Shown here: piece by piece, positions 35,653 to 49,886 of the stretch | Layout: each line of letters starts with the position of its first letter | Position numbering within the stretch: the first letter of the stretch is position 1 | DNA from: Entomortierella parvispora E1425 | Taxonomy: Eukaryota > Fungi > Mortierellomycota | Length of the DNA stretch: 64,000 nucleotides | Direction: 5' to 3' | Assembly: GCA_020891255.1 (NCBI GenBank) | Contig: BQFW01000008.1 | Coordinates: forward strand, 3,162,001 to 3,226,000 | Made by a program: the position numbers and the translations under genes | Notes under the pieces: generated by a model | Told to the model about the DNA's origin: nothing | Database searches by the model: none | Seen by the model: only the letters and a program-made list of their open reading frames with translations

Positions 35653-37838
35653 TCAAGGACGACGACCAGCCGTTGGAGGATTGGCAGATGAGGTCGCAGC
35701 CGAAGACGGAACGGCAGGTGGAACGGCAGTCGCAGGCTTGGGTGGCAAAGGTATTGGGCGATAGGTAGTAGTGGATCCTGCGTTCGATCCAGTGTTACTG
35801 CCCGAGGGTGCATGCGACCTCGGTTTTTCACGAGGAGCACGTTCATGATCTCCATACCCGCCACCTCCGGCACGGAAATGGGCTCCACTTCCACCGCCAC
35901 CGCCACCGCCTCCAGCACGAGAGGGCAAATGACTATGACCATGACCTCCATGATGATGATGGCCATTGTTGGCGTTATTGTTGTTGGTGCTGTGGTGGTG
36001 AGACGCATGACGCTCCTGTTGCGCTTCGTGTTTGCGTTGACGGTCATATTCATGACTCGACTCGTACACGGGCAACCTAATAAAAAGAGTCAGTCTTCAA
36101 AAATAATCTCTGGGAAACAAAATTTGGCCCCAAAAAGACAAACAACAAGAGAAAAATCAGCTGTTTTCTCTGATCCAAGAAAAAAAAACATACCCTCCGA
36201 TCTCTGCTGGAAGAGGCTCCACCCAGAGGTAATCATGGTCCGACGCAGCAAAAGCCGTCAAGCGCTTCTTGGGGTCCAAGACCAAAAGTTTGTCCATCAA
36301 ATCGGCCGCCAAAGTGCCGTAAGGCTCGAAATCTTCCTTCAATTTCCTCTGGTAGCTCTTGTTGACCTGGTAAACAACGCCCTTTTCTTCCAAACCTGGC
36401 AAAGATGACCATCCTGGCATGTTCTCCTCTGTGGGTGATCCGCAAAGTTGAAAGATTTTGTCCAGTTGATCCTGATCCGAATTGCCCTGCAGAACAGGAC
36501 GACCAAACAACATTTCGCCAAACACACATCTAAGAAATAAAAGAAGAAAAGATGTTAGGTCCTCTCTTTCACCAACCTACAACATAATTTCTCCTGAAAA
36601 AAGATGAGGCAACTGCATAAAAAAAACTTACCCAATTCCCCACATATCCACTGCAGCTCCGTATTTCTTCTCGCCAAGGAACAACTCTGGAGGACGATAC
36701 CAACGGGTCACAACCTTTGACGTATAATCCTCGCCTTCTGGCTTGAAGGGTCGTGCCAATCCAAAGTCTGCAATCTTCAATGTACCGTTGTTGCTGATCA
36801 ACAGGTTGGCCGCCTTCATATCGCGATGCAGGATTTTTTGCTATTCAAAAAAATAGACAGTAACAACTCCTGGTGAGTGATCCATTGTCCTGCCGCTAGA
36901 CCCAGAAAACAATCTGCAAGTCCTCCTTACTGCATGCATATAGATCGTGCCCTCCAGCAACTGCTTCATGTACAGTTTGATCTGAGGGACAGAGAGTCGG
37001 ACCTTTGGGTTGTTCAACAATCCACTGAGATCATGGTCCATGTATGGGAAAACCATGTAAACACTGGCACGACTACGTGATGTCCTCGAACCTATAAAGT
37101 TATTCGAAAAAAAATAAGTAACATTGACAGAAAAAAAAGGACTTAGTCCCCTCAAAGCTGGCAAGCTTTGCTGAAACTTGCTGTCGCCCCATGTCAACGG
37201 ACCCGCAAACTTGCCTGGATTGACAGCGATATCAATCAAGGGAACAATGTTTTCATGTCTCAATCGCCTCAAGATCTTGATCTCCCGAAGGGCCGTGATG
37301 GGGATGCCCTCGTTCTCGTTATGCATGAGGATACGCTTCAACGCCAACAGCTCGCCCTTTCTCTTTGCCTTGTGGACTTCTCTGTAATCGTCCAAGAAAA
37401 TTCATCCAGCGTTTTCCATGAAACAAAAAACAAGGAGTCAGAATACAAAGGTATACATGAATGTCTCCAAACGAACAACTCCAAAGGTTTCATTTCTTTG
37501 AACTCCTTACCCAAAGGTTCCTTCTCCCAGCTTGTCCACCATCTCAAAGTCTTTCAACTGCGAACATCCCTTGTAAGTCTTCAGCTGCCAAGTGGGAAAT
37601 CATAAACATGAAGGAATTGTTAATGTCCAACTCGGAAGAATAGAGTCCACATGTCTGATGTTGTTTTCTTTGTGGTAATTTAATTTACCTCTTTCCGGCG
37701 GGGAGGACTGGGGCTGTCTGCACTGAGGTTGGGGCTGGCAGGCAGATGCGACGTGCTAAAGACGCTGTTGTGCTGTGTGGGCGCGGATAGCGGCCGTTTG
37801 GAGGGATGCTCCTGGTGTTCTTCCGCGTGCCGTTTCAT
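35653..37838 (-). CDS. CDK9: CDK9/Bur1-like CTD kinase (multi-exon) with a His/Gly/Asn-rich C-terminal tail
   Basis: [73 protein letters not shown]. Confidence 0.9.
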
Positions 37839-39420
37839 GAAAATGCGTAGAGTGCGAGGGACAGGGGGTGAAGGTAAGGAGACGGAGCGAAGAAAATAAA
37901 AGAAAGGGCAAATAGCAGCAAGAGGGGAAAAGGGCGTCAAGTCAAGGGCAAGAGTGCAAAGGGTCGAATCCTGGTGGCCGTCCTGATGGTCGAACGGTGG
38001 AGAGGGTCAAAGGTCTCTGTCCACATGCATGAGAGGGACAATGGCCTCGAGACAAAAAATGATGTTGTCACGGTAGATCGTTCCATCGCTTGTGTAACAA
38101 CAGATCTCACAGATCACTGCCACCGCCACCAAAATAAGAATTTTTAATGTTTTTTTGTGGCTCTCCTGTCAGGATCGATGATCTTTTCCGCCTTGTCGTG
38201 CAATTGTGCGAGCAAGAGCCCTCTTCGTTTTCCCCGGGTATGCGGCAAAAGAGTCTCCCCGCCGTCAATTCCGGCAGATGAGGGTGGTTACTAAAGAAAG
38301 AAATAGAACGTCAAGAAAACTGGTGCCGTGTCACCTTAACAAATAATGGCATGCTTGTGCAGGAGGACCTTTGAGAGAGATAGAGTGGATTCAGGGGATT
38401 TGAAAGTAGAACAGAGGAGACAACCATGTAGAGAGTCGGGACATGGAAAGCGGCAAGACCATATACCCGGATGCTACGAAGAAGATGAGGACGGCCAGAC
38501 AAAAATAAGGTATTTTTTTTTTTTTTTGGTCGATTGGATCCAGCAGAACAATAAAATAGTTCAACAAATCAAGGTGCCCCTCTGCTGACGAACCATCCCG
38601 GCAGCATCGTTTGCTGCTGCGTCGCTTTACTAGCCTTGCGGTACTCTCTGACGAAAACTTCATTCAGCGACTAAAGATTTGTCGGACGACACTGACCCAC
38701 AACAGACCTGCCCACAGAGACAAAAACTGCTGAACAGACAACACGCACACAACACAAACAAAATGATCGATCGCAGAGCCCCCGTCCTTCGTCGTATTGC
38801 TTCCATTCCCATTGTTCGGTAAATGGGAAAAACGCCCAGCTCCGTGACAAATCAAAGGCAACTGTTTTTACCTTCAATAGCTTCGACAGCATGGCGTACG
38901 TCTTGGCTGTTGCGAAGTCAATATATTGCCAGTGGCCAAAAGTGGAGCTTTTTTGCCTCGATCTCTTTTGTTTAGGCGATTTTATCTTTTTTTTTCCAAC
39001 TCAACTCAAAGATGAATAAACATCGCCCGCCTGCTGCTGGGTCATCGTAGTTTAGAATAGAAATCTTGCCTCTTTGGTGCGTCTCGGGATAACGGCCGTT
39101 CAATTGTCTCTATCCCTGGGACCACTGGCCAAGAAGCGGCTGAGTGTCTACTGAGTGATCCCATTCAGGAACCGCGTATCTGTGTGATCGCTGTGGAAGA
39201 AGAAACAACAATTCCACTTCCCGCTGTTGCATAAATATTGGCCCTATTCCTCCACTTTTTTTCTTCTTTCTCCATTCTCTGTCCCCATCGCTCTCTGCTC
39301 TTGTAAAACCCGCTCACCATCCTCCTCTTCCTTCTGTTTGCCCTCCATCACCGCCCTCAACGCCCTTCTTGAATCTTCGACTTTCATCCTACAACACACC
39401 TTCACAGCCATATCATCATA

Positions 39421-41404
39421 ATGGTAGAAAAAGACAACTACGATCAAGGGAGCGCCATCTCCTCCACAGTCTCTTCCAACTCCTTTCCTCTTGCCGATGA
39501 GAAGGAGCAGATCCCTGGTACTGAGGAAGTAAAGGGCGATAGCGGTGCTGCCACCGAGTCTACCCCTGCTCCCCTTTACCACAAGCCTCCTCAGAAGCAG
39601 TTTGTTCTCATTATGATTGCGTACGCTCCTTGCTTTTAACACCTACTACCATGGAGAATCTCAAAAGACCCATTTTTCCATGTGCTGACAACCCGGACCT
39701 TTTCGTTATAAAAAAAAATAGATTGTCACTGTGCGTTTTCTTGGCCAGTTTGGATCAGATTATTGTGTCGACCTCCATCCCTGCCATCACCAAACAATTC
39801 CATGCCTTGGGTGATATCTCTTGGTTGGCTACCGCCTACATGTTGACCAGCACAGCCTCCCAACCCCTCTACGGAAAGGTGTCTGATATCTTTGGTCGCA
39901 AGACTGTTGTTCTGTTTGCCAACTTCATGTTCTTGGTCGGTTCGTGCATCTCTGGATGGGCCACTTCTATGGTCATGTTAATTGTCGGACGTGGAGTTGC
40001 CGGTATTGGTGCTGGAGGCATGATGGCCATGGTGGTAAGTGAAGGTTTCTTGTGTGCTCGATTCAAGGCTTCAGGAACAAAAAAAAGAGGAAGTATCATT
40101 AACAATTGACTTTGTCCCCTCCTTCAATAGTTCATTATTCTTTCGGACATGCTGGACATGCGTGAGCGTGGCAAGTACTTGGGTTTCATCGGTGCCATCT
40201 TCTCGTTCTCTTCAGTCATCGGCCCATTGATGGGTGGTGCTTTCACCGACCATGTCACCTGGCGCTGGTCTTTCTGGATCAACTTGCCCTTCGGAGCCGT
40301 CTCGATCCTCTTCATCTACTTCAACTTGAACTTGCCTACCCCCAAGGGTTCCTTCTCTGACAAGATCAAGCGTATTGATTTCCTCGGTGCCTTCCTTCTC
40401 CTTGCTGCTGTCATCATGATCTTGCTGCCCTTGAGCTGGGGTGGTAACAAGTACGCCTGGAACTCTGGTATCGTCATTGGCATGTTGTGCGGTGGTTTCG
40501 CCATGGCCGTCGTCTTTGTCTTGGCCGAGTGGAAGATTCCCAAGGAGCCCATTGTCCCCATCCATCTGTACAAGATCCGCAACCTCTGGGCCACCTACGG
40601 AAGCTTGTTCTTCTCTGGCATGTCGTTCTTTGGTATCCTCTTCTACCTCCCCATCTACTTCCAGGTCGTCAAGAACGAGTCTGCCACCATTGGAGGTTTG
40701 GAGACCGTGCCCTTCGTCATCGGTATCGTCGTCACCTCCATCTCCTCCGGTATTTGGGTCCTCAAGCGTGGTTCTTACCACTTCTTCCCTGCCCTCGGCA
40801 ACTTCCTCTTCACCATTGGTTCTGCTCTCTGCATCCTTTTCACCAAGGATACCCACCGCGTTGTCACCATCTTCATCTTGTTGCTGTGCGGTCTCGGTAT
40901 GGGTTTCACCATGCAAGCCTCAACCTTGGCCGTCCAGGCTGCTGTCAAGCCAAAGTACATGGCTGTCGTCACCACCTCTGTTCAGTTCATCCGCTGTCTC
41001 GGTCAGGTTTTCGGTAAGCAATTGGGATGTTCAGCTCTTGATGAGATTCAATGACACTCTCAAATCAATAACTAACTGTATCTTCTTTTTTTTTCAATGC
41101 TCCAGGTGTCGCTATTGTCGGAACTGTTTTCAACAACAAGTTGGAGAGCACCTTGAAGGCCACCTTCCCCGATGACAAGTTGATCATGCGCGTCACCCAG
41201 GATTACGGTACCATCTACGAGTTCTATAACGCTACCCAGGTCGGAATGATCTACGACAGCTTTGTGCATGCTTTGCACTACGTCTTTTACTGCAGTGTTG
41301 GTTTCTGCGCTATGGCTCTCATCATGTCTTGCTTCATCCAGCACAAGGAGCTCAAGACCAACGCCAACCAGGCCAAGCCCGAGATGACCGTCGAGATGGT
41401 CTAA
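39421..41404 (+). CDS. MFS drug:H+ antiporter, DHA2 (14-TMS) family (multi-exon)
   Basis: FLASLDQIIVSTSIPAI, WLATAYML, YGKVSDIFGRK, GRGVAGIGAGG, RERGKYLG, WRWSFWINLP, LFYLPIYFQVVK. Confidence 0.95.
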
Positions 41405-41719
41405 TGGATTACTTCTTCTTCTCTCATCCCTCTTTATATATATATTGTATCCTATCCCCTAATTTTGCATCATAATCCCAACCCCCGTACACACTCTGCA
41501 TAGAATAAAATCGTGTTTTCAACACGCAAAAGTACAGAAAGACTCCTGGCTGTAGCTTACCTCCAACAGACAAATCTCAAAAAAAAATGTATTCGATGCT
41601 ACCAAATGGACTATTTGTGGTCGCATTCATGTAGCGATTCTGCAGCCCCTTTCGGTAAGAGCTCCCTCTCTATTGTCACAGGTCTATTATCACAGGTCGA
41701 GTAGGCTTATACAACCGTT

Positions 41720-43650
41720 CAGGAGAATCTGCTATTTCCTTGCATGTCAATTCGGATTTTGTTCGACCGGCCTACCAAAAGCATACTGCGGTTTTCGGAA
41801 GACCGGGAAAAGACCGCTTTTTCGCCGCACAATCCCACGCACCCCATGACGCCAGAGAATATTGGGCGCGTTCTGCAGCATTGCTCCTTACTGTCTACAG
41901 TACGCCTCTTCTGTAGCTTTACAGCCACTTCGGCCGAGATGACAAAACATCTTGAGTTGAATTTTGACCTTGTGTGCCTTTCCATCTTGTTTGAGAAGTC
42001 TTTATCCCCATTGGTTTGAAGTCAGAGGTGGGGCTTCTCGTGTGGCAAGAAGAGAGGATTGTTAGGGTCAACAATGACCCTTCCAGTGGTCAATTCGACG
42101 CTCAGGATCACAAGGATGTTCCAGCAAAGTGTCCCGATCATCACCATGTTTGTGTTGTCATGGTGCGCACTCAGGATGCTGAATCCCTGCTCCAGTCTTC
42201 GCTCGGAAGGCGCCCATAAGAGCTCCATGTCTCCAGATTGAATCATCAGTCGTTGGAGCTTACTCCTTATATCGTACTGACCAGGCTGCCATACTGAAAA
42301 AAAAAAAAAAAAAAAAAAAAAAAAACGTCAAAGCCGTGTCAAAGTCGTGCACTATCAGTCCATTTTTTTTCTTACGTCCAGGAACCCAATGTTAGCGTAC
42401 TAAGCGCTGTCTCCTTGCTTTGAGCTTTCAAGGACGTGGTCACTCTCAATGTCACATTGGGAGTAATAACCTACAAACAATGAGCATCGAATGAGCGTCA
42501 GCTATGACAAAAATACGCTCATGATGCAAGCCATCCTGCAATCTAACCTCTTACCCGAGCAATCTTGAAATTGAGCCATTGTTCTCTGGGAGTGGCACTA
42601 AGCTTGTACGAGTTGGGCGACGAGGGTCTAGGAGCCTCCATCGAAAGAAGAAACAATCCTCCTTTTCCTCTTTGAGACAGCACCCGTCGATCAGGCTCTT
42701 GTTTGAACTGGTGAACTGGGTGCAGTGATATCGAGTTTAGGCGATGGCGGATTATCGACGATATTTGTCATCGTATTGCTGATACACGTAGGGGATCCTC
42801 CTTTGGCAGAATGGCCTTGCCACCTGACTCAATCAGTCCGCGCAATAAATGCTGTTGACCGAAGTACTCGCTTTCATGACTGAAGCAAAAGAATCTGGAT
42901 AGTCTTGAAGCCAAGAGCTAGGACTTCTTAAGCCAGATCGAGTGGAACATTGACCGTGGTGGATGACGACGGATTTAAAAGAGCGCGCCATCTGACCAAA
43001 AGGTCGTGCTTTTCAAATGATCTGCACAATCCTCCAACCAAAAGAGAGGTTGAGCTCTCCAGCTACCATCTATTGAAACGCAAAAGGAGAGGAAGAGTGA
43101 GTTACGGGTACAATGTCAAAACTCGGCTCATCGTTGACAAGTTTTCTCGAAAATGCCTACCCTGCTAGTTGATCGAATATCTTCCAGGCGTTTGGGATTG
43201 GATGCAATAAACCAACAAGTTCACCAATACGTCGGACATGGATGCCGGATACTCTTTGGTTGTCGCTGGTGAATATGATCTCATGCTGTTTCAGGGACGA
43301 CGCTGGTCCATTTTCGGACCTCTGGCATTGTCGAGCATTACCAAATATCGCCTGCTGCTCACGTCGTAATCAACCAGTGACCACTGGCTTTGTTCCTGTG
43401 TCCCGTTACAACATTTTTTCCCTATGAACTACGACTTTCTACACTCTGTGGGGCGAAAGGGCTGGATATTTGGGTGGGAAATACGAGCGAATGGAGAAAA
43501 AAGCAAAAAGGAATAAGAAGCAAAAATAAGTGGATCAGTCAGACATATGACCCCCTCCATCTTGTCCACCATCATGAGGGATCTCCTGCTTTCATCAATA
43601 AACTGGAAAGTGCAATCCATCACTTTCAGTGCATTTCACAATAATGTACC
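41720..43650 (-). pseudogene. Possible decayed spliced gene of unknown family
   Basis: Coding-like fragments (LKQHEIIFTSDNQRVSGIHV..., WQPGQYDIRSKLQRL...) separated by intron-like segments (e.g. GTAGGC...TAACTCAC...CAATAG at ~43159-43070), but with stops in all frames. Confidence 0.3.
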
Positions 43651-43879
43651 ATCGCACACGTACAGCCCCCAATTACGACGCGTCAACATTGCTCAATGAG
43701 CTAGTGGCCACACAGCTGTGCAGTTTAGAGAAACCCGCCTGCACAGAGCAGCCAACGATGATCAAAAACTAGCAGTCGCTGTAAGGATATATATTTTTAG
43801 TGGAGAGAAAAACGAAGCAGATGACAAGCAGGGGAATGGATGGGTGAAGTTTGACAAGGGACGAGGAAATCTACATAAT

Positions 43880-45785
43880 TTACGAAGAGTATTGCTTCTC
43901 CAAGATCTTGGCAATGGTCTGGAGCTGGATGTTGCTGGTTCCCTCGTAGATGGCACCAATCTTGCAGTCACGGTAGAACTTCTCGATGGGGAAGTCACGG
44001 GTGAAGCCGATTCCACCGGCCCACTCGATGCAGCGGGAGGCGGTGCGCTCAGCAACCTGGGAAGCGTAGAGCTTGGCCATGGCAGCCTCCTTGACGAAGG
44101 GCTTGCCCTGCTCCTTCAGACGGGCAGCGTTGTAGGTCAAGAGACGGGCAGCCTCGATATCGACGGCGATCTGGGCGTACTGCTGCTGCATACCCTGGAA
44201 GTTTCCGATGAGGGTGTTGAACTGCTTGCGCTGGAAGAGGTAAGGCATGGTGGCGTCAAAGGCACCCTGGGCAAGACCCAACATCTGGGCAGCAATACCG
44301 ATACGGCCCTCGTTCAAGATCTCGATGGCGTACTTGTAACCCTTTCCAACCTCACCCAAGATGTTGCCGGCGGGGACAACAATGTCGTCAAAGTTCAAGG
44401 TGCAGGTGGAGGAGGCGCGGATTCCGAGCTTGGACTCCTTCTTGCCAACCTTGACACCCATGGACTTGTCAACGACGAAGCAGGTGATGCCCTTGTAACC
44501 CTTCTCGGGGGCAACGTTGGCAAAGACCAAGAAGATCTCGGCCTCTCCAGAGTTGGTGATCCACATCTTGGTACCGTTCAAGATGTAGTTGTCGCCATCC
44601 TTGACGGCGCGAGTCTGCAAAGCAAAGGCATCGGATCCAGAACCAGCCTCAGACAAGCAGAAGCATCCAACAGTGTCGGTGGCGAGGCGAGGCAAGTAGC
44701 GGGACTTGATGTCCTCGGAGGCGTACTTGCGGAACAAGGTGTTGACAAGGGTGTTCTGTATGTTGCATCCACCAATGTTTGCCAAAAAAAAACAGATGTT
44801 AGCGTACTGTCAACCCTTCGTCTGTTCAGCAGTCTATATTCCAGTTGTGCATAGAACTCTTTCAGGATCTTTTTCACTGTCATACCTGGACATCGCAAAT
44901 AACAGAGATGGAAGGATCGACCTTGGCGAGCTCCTCAATGGTCAAAATGGCAGACATGAAAGAAGACTCGGATCCGTCGTACTTGGAGTCGGTCTCAATA
45001 CCCATCAACTATCAAACAATGAAAAGTGGGGCAGTTAGTTCCACTTTTTTCTTCTCTTCTTTTCTGTTCTTCTGCCAGCTGGTCTCAATACGCGTGGGAA
45101 AACAAGGGGGGGCTTTCAATCGCCGATCTCCCCGCTCCAGCCAGCAAAGAAGTTCAGGGACAAGTCTGAATCTTACACCCTGCTCGAACAAGCCCTTGAG
45201 GACATCCTTGTCCAACTTCTCGGTCTCGTCCATCTGGGAAACCTTGGGGAGAACCTGCTCCTGGGCAAAGCGGGCGACTAATGACAACGAGATGGATCAT
45301 AGAGTCAGTTCGTCGAGTCCTCCGTTACTGTCATGAAGAGACCATTGTCCTGTAACGTAAAAAAGCACGAAAAAGTACCAGACTCGCGCAAAAGCTCCTC
45401 ATCCTCGGTCAAGGTGTGGAGGGAGGGGATGCTGGAGCGAGCAACGGCAGCCTGGGTGAAGAATCTACGCGAGGACAAGGACAACAGGTTGGTGTTAGTT
45501 GTAACTCGGGGAATACTTTCCAGTTCTTCAGTGCTTTTGGTCCATTTCCTGATCCGAGAATGAGTAATGATCTTCTCCGAGTGATCTCTTTTGTGAGTTC
45601 GTCCAAGGTCAAGATTGTCCAGAGAGGATTGCCGCGTTCATTCATCCCGAGCGTTGTCATGTTCCTGACATGGATGGATGGAGATCATGGTACGAAGGTG
45701 GGCAGTACCTGGGACGGATCGCGCCCAAGACAGCGGGTTTAGCGACGGCGGCGGCGAAGCGGGGACGGAGGGCGGCAGCGAACAT
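43880..45785 (-). CDS. ACADSB: Short/branched-chain acyl-CoA dehydrogenase, mitochondrial (multi-exon)
   Basis: Presequence [10 protein letters not shown]; [65 protein letters not shown]. Confidence 0.92.
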
Positions 45786-46708
45786 TGCGAGAAAGAGGGA
45801 TGAAGAGTGGAGAGTGATGGAGAACAAGAAGAAGAAGAAGAAGAAGAAGAAGAAAAGAACGGAGGAGAAGGCGCTTCTTAGTACGAACGAAAAAAGGAGC
45901 GTCGCCCTGCCCCCGGGGACAATTTGCGCGAGTCCATCGAGGTCGCACCTCACTGGCCGAGAGGAGGGTGGAGAGGGACGGACGGGCTGGGAGAGGTGAT
46001 TTTTTTTACACTTTTCACACTTTTCACACTTTTCACATGGGCAGAGACCGGGGTGCTTCTGTGCCGTGCAAGTGCAAGTGCATGTCATGGATGCAGATCA
46101 ACCTCTCTTTCTCTCTCTTCTCTGTGTTCCCCACACCATGTGTGTGTCCGTTGGTGGCACGACCAGACAGAACAGAAAGCAGACAAGTGAGTCAAGTGCA
46201 GGTAAGCAGACAAGCCCGCAAGCCAGACCAGATCGGATCTGGTGTGTCGGCCTGTTTGTTTCTTTGGATTTGTTTCTTTGTCGTGTGCCCTTTGGCTTCT
46301 TTCTTCTCCACGGTCACCGATCGAATCATGATCGATCCCAAAGGGCTTTTCTTCACCTTCCCTTTTCAGCCTTGCCGTCGTCCGTTCACTCGTCCACTCG
46401 TTCCTGTCCCTGACTGACTGACTCCTCTTTCTTCTTTTTACTTTACCCTTCCTTCCCTCCTCTTCGTCTCTCTCTTCATTCCTCCTTCTCTCTCTCTCTC
46501 TTTCCCCCTCTCTCTCCCCTCCCCTCACTCTTTTTTTATACTCTTTCCCTCCCCCTTCCCTCGCCTCCAACTTCACCCTCACTCTCGCAACAGTGTCTAC
46601 CTCGGAATATACTTCATTCACAACCTGATCACTCGATCCCAACCCTGACTGTCCCCTCAGTCCATTAGTCCCTTCTCTCTCCATCAACCATCGCCGCACT
46701 TCCGCACC

Positions 46709-49231
46709 ATGAACACATTCACAACAAAAAGTACCCCGTTACTGGGTCGATCCAACTCGAGTGACAACCTCCACGACTCTGCGGATGCAAAGTCACCGTC
46801 ATCCACATTGACCTCATCGCAGGATCTTGCTCACAACCACCAAAAGGTTGAACTGACCCAACTCGAGAACTTTGCCGTGTCGGCCCTGGCACCCTCCATG
46901 GCCGTGCTCTTCACCAACCCCTTTGACACTGTCAAGGTCCGACTTCAATTGCAGGGCGAGTTTGTCAAGACGAGGGAACCTGGCAGGAACGGAAAGGAAA
47001 TCGTCCGTGTGTCTGAAAAGGTGAGGGACTTTCTTTTCATTTATTATTATCATCATGATTACTATGCTGCCTGCTCATGGTGTGTGGTTAAAAGTGTATG
47101 ACCCTCGTCGCCACCCTTCCCACACCAGCCAACAAAGGGAGGGGGGAGGGAAAAGCAGCAATGACGGCGAATGCTGCGCCTGTGGAAGGTGTTAGTCGGC
47201 GATGAGTGGAATGGCAGAGTTACCCCGCATTCTGTTGAGGGATTACCTTTGTTGGTTGGAATGCGAGCATCTTATTTTCTTTTGGGTTGTTTGCACCTCG
47301 TGAGTCAATTTTGGACACTCGACCTTTGGACATGAGAGCAAAGCAACGCAAACAAGGCACAACGACGACGATGTAGCCATCCTTCCCTCCTACGCTCCTT
47401 CGTTCCTTATTTCTGTCTTTTCTGTCCTTGCTCCGTCGGGATCGAGAGCAGTCCAAGAACAAACACACTTTTTGACTCGGGTGACCAGACCTTGGCCAGG
47501 AGAGTGGATGAACGGGGGGCACCGGTGCTAGATCCATATAGAAAGAACACCCACTTCCGTCCATCAGTCCACTTTTTTTTTTATTTGGTTTGACCCATCC
47601 CGCACCCGCACCCGACGTCAAAGTGACACAACCATTGTTGTTGCTATTGTTGTTGTTGTTCTCTCCTCTCTCCCGGTGTGGTTGTGGCCAAGTGTCCGTG
47701 GGCAGGATCCATTTGCATTCCTCTCCGCCCAAGGGGATGTTGGTCCTGGAGTGGGCAAAGAATAGACATGGATGCAAGTGAGGGACTTTGTTTTGTTGGG
47801 GAGAAGGAGGGGGGCCAGAGGCAAACAAAATGAAAACGAACGACTGGACCACAGTGGCAACATTGTCATGAAGGGGTGGAGTTGCAACTTTTTTTTAAAA
47901 ACAGGCAGCAGCCTTTTCTCTGTTGTTGCTGCCGATGGCAACAACATAAAAAAAGAGAGTTGCGGCTGCGAGACGACAGGAGAGCAGCCCAACGGTTCAA
48001 TTTTGTCCACGGACACATTATTTCGGCGTAGCGTCTGTGGGCAATGTCTCTTTCTTGCCTCACCCCCCTACCTTTTCCGTCACACGCACCCTTGAGCACA
48101 TTCCTCCCTTTGCAACGAATTCGGACAAGGAACTTGTCCAACGGTTATAAAGTCAAGATGGAGCAGCCCTTTTTCTTCCCACGGTGCATTCGCATCCCGA
48201 CCCCAATTATCCTAACACTTTGCTCTCTTCCATCTTGTCTCTTTCTTCAACGAATAGGTTTACAAGTCGTCGTTGGACTGTCTGCAAAAGACCTTTAGGC
48301 ATGAAGGTATCCGAGGCTTGCAAAAGGGCCTCTTCCCCGCCATCCTCAAAGAGTCGTCCAAAAATATTTTCCGTCTCGGTCTCTATGATCCCATCCTGAA
48401 CTACATGCACCCATTGAGCTACCCAGGCGAGGCCAGCACGGCCCCGGCTTGGAAGCGTATGATTGCTGGTGCCACATGTGGTGCCATGGGCGCCATTAGT
48501 GCCAACCCTTTTGAGTTGATCAAGACTCGACTTCAATCACATTCTTCTGGTGGACTCGCTGTCGGCAATCAGTATGCATACACTGGAACGTTCTCGGCTC
48601 TAAGAACTATCATCACAACGGACGGAGCCATGACTCTCTACCGCGGTTCCATGATCTCGATTGCTCGGTCGATGCTCGGTAGTGCTGCCAACTTGACAAC
48701 ATATTCACTTATCAAGGACCATGCCAGGAACAACTGGGGCGCAGAGGACGGTATCATGTTGGACATGACAAGCTCGCTCGTCAGTGCGTTTGTCAGTGTG
48801 GTGGTCATGAACCCCATGGATGTTGTGTAAGTGAGATGTCTCATTACTATGGTTTATACCTCCGTGAGCGCCACTGGCAGTCTGACTAACCCGTTCCTAT
48901 TGCTCTTTCTCTTTATTGCAGTCGTATCCGTCTTTATAACCGGTCATCTCAATCGACTTCCCAAACGACGCTGCAGTCTATTCGACACATCCTGACAACA
49001 GAGGGACCATTGGCGTTCTACAAAGGATTCTCGACTCACTTTATGCGAATTGGACCTCACTTTACGCTGACATTTGTCTTCTTGGGCATGTTGAAGCGTC
49101 ACTTGATTGAGGGCTCTTCTCCATCACCGCAGGATGTCCGTCCCCTTCATCCCAAGGACGACAACTCAACATCGACCACCACCCCTTCAATTGCTTCAAC
49201 CGTGATCGCAAGACGGGAGGAGCAACTCTAG
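46709..49231 (+). CDS. Mitochondrial carrier, OAC1/SLC25A34-35-like (3 exons; 1.24-kb first intron)
   Basis: Three Px[DE]xx[KR]xR motifs (PFDTVKVRLQLQGE, PFELIKTRLQ, PMDVVRIRL); FRLGLYDP; YKGFSTHFMRIGPH. Confidence 0.88.
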
Positions 49232-49886
49232 AAAGGAAAAGGAAACAAAACACCATACCCTAGCACATAGCGCGCTTCTTGCAGTCAGATGCGCGATGTG
49301 TGTGTTTTTTTCTTCTTTTTTTTTTTTTTGTTATTTTTATCTTGCCTTGCCATTGTATATCGCCTCCTCTCCTCCTCCCACTCCCTTCATTTCAGTCTGG
49401 TCATTTCACTTCAGTTTCAGTACCAACATCGTGTACCATGCATAGAACGCAGCCATGAAACACTACTCCCCATGTTGCTGTCCAAGACCTCCCTCATTTT
49501 CGCGTACCACCCCCCACTCTGCTTTTCGTCTTCTATTCACCTGTAGATGATGTTCCAACTCCAACATACCACCTTTTGTAACTCGCTTTTATCTTCATGT
49601 TGCATGTTGAAAAACGATCATAATTATTAAAAATTTGTAAATTACGATTTCCTGTCGGGTATCTTCTATTTTTTGCTGTGCTACTGCTGCGCTTCTGCGG
49701 ATGAAATGTTCACGTCCCAAAGCCGAGAGAATATTTGCTATGGGTTGAAGTTCAAGTTTCCCAGAATACTCAGCAGGCCGATCGGGGCCGTTTTTTCTAT
49801 TTCATAGCGACGATCCCCAGTAACTTTCGTCCTGAAAAAGTGCTTTTCTTCTCAATCCATCCTGACGGTGTTGGATGCTGGTCTAA

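Noticed and set aside
37961-37972. GGGTCGAATCCT resembling a tRNA T-arm
   Set aside because: No acceptor stem, D-arm or anticodon arm can be built around it.
43718-44854. 378-aa plus-strand ORF
   Set aside because: Antisense shadow of the codon-biased ACADSB last exon.
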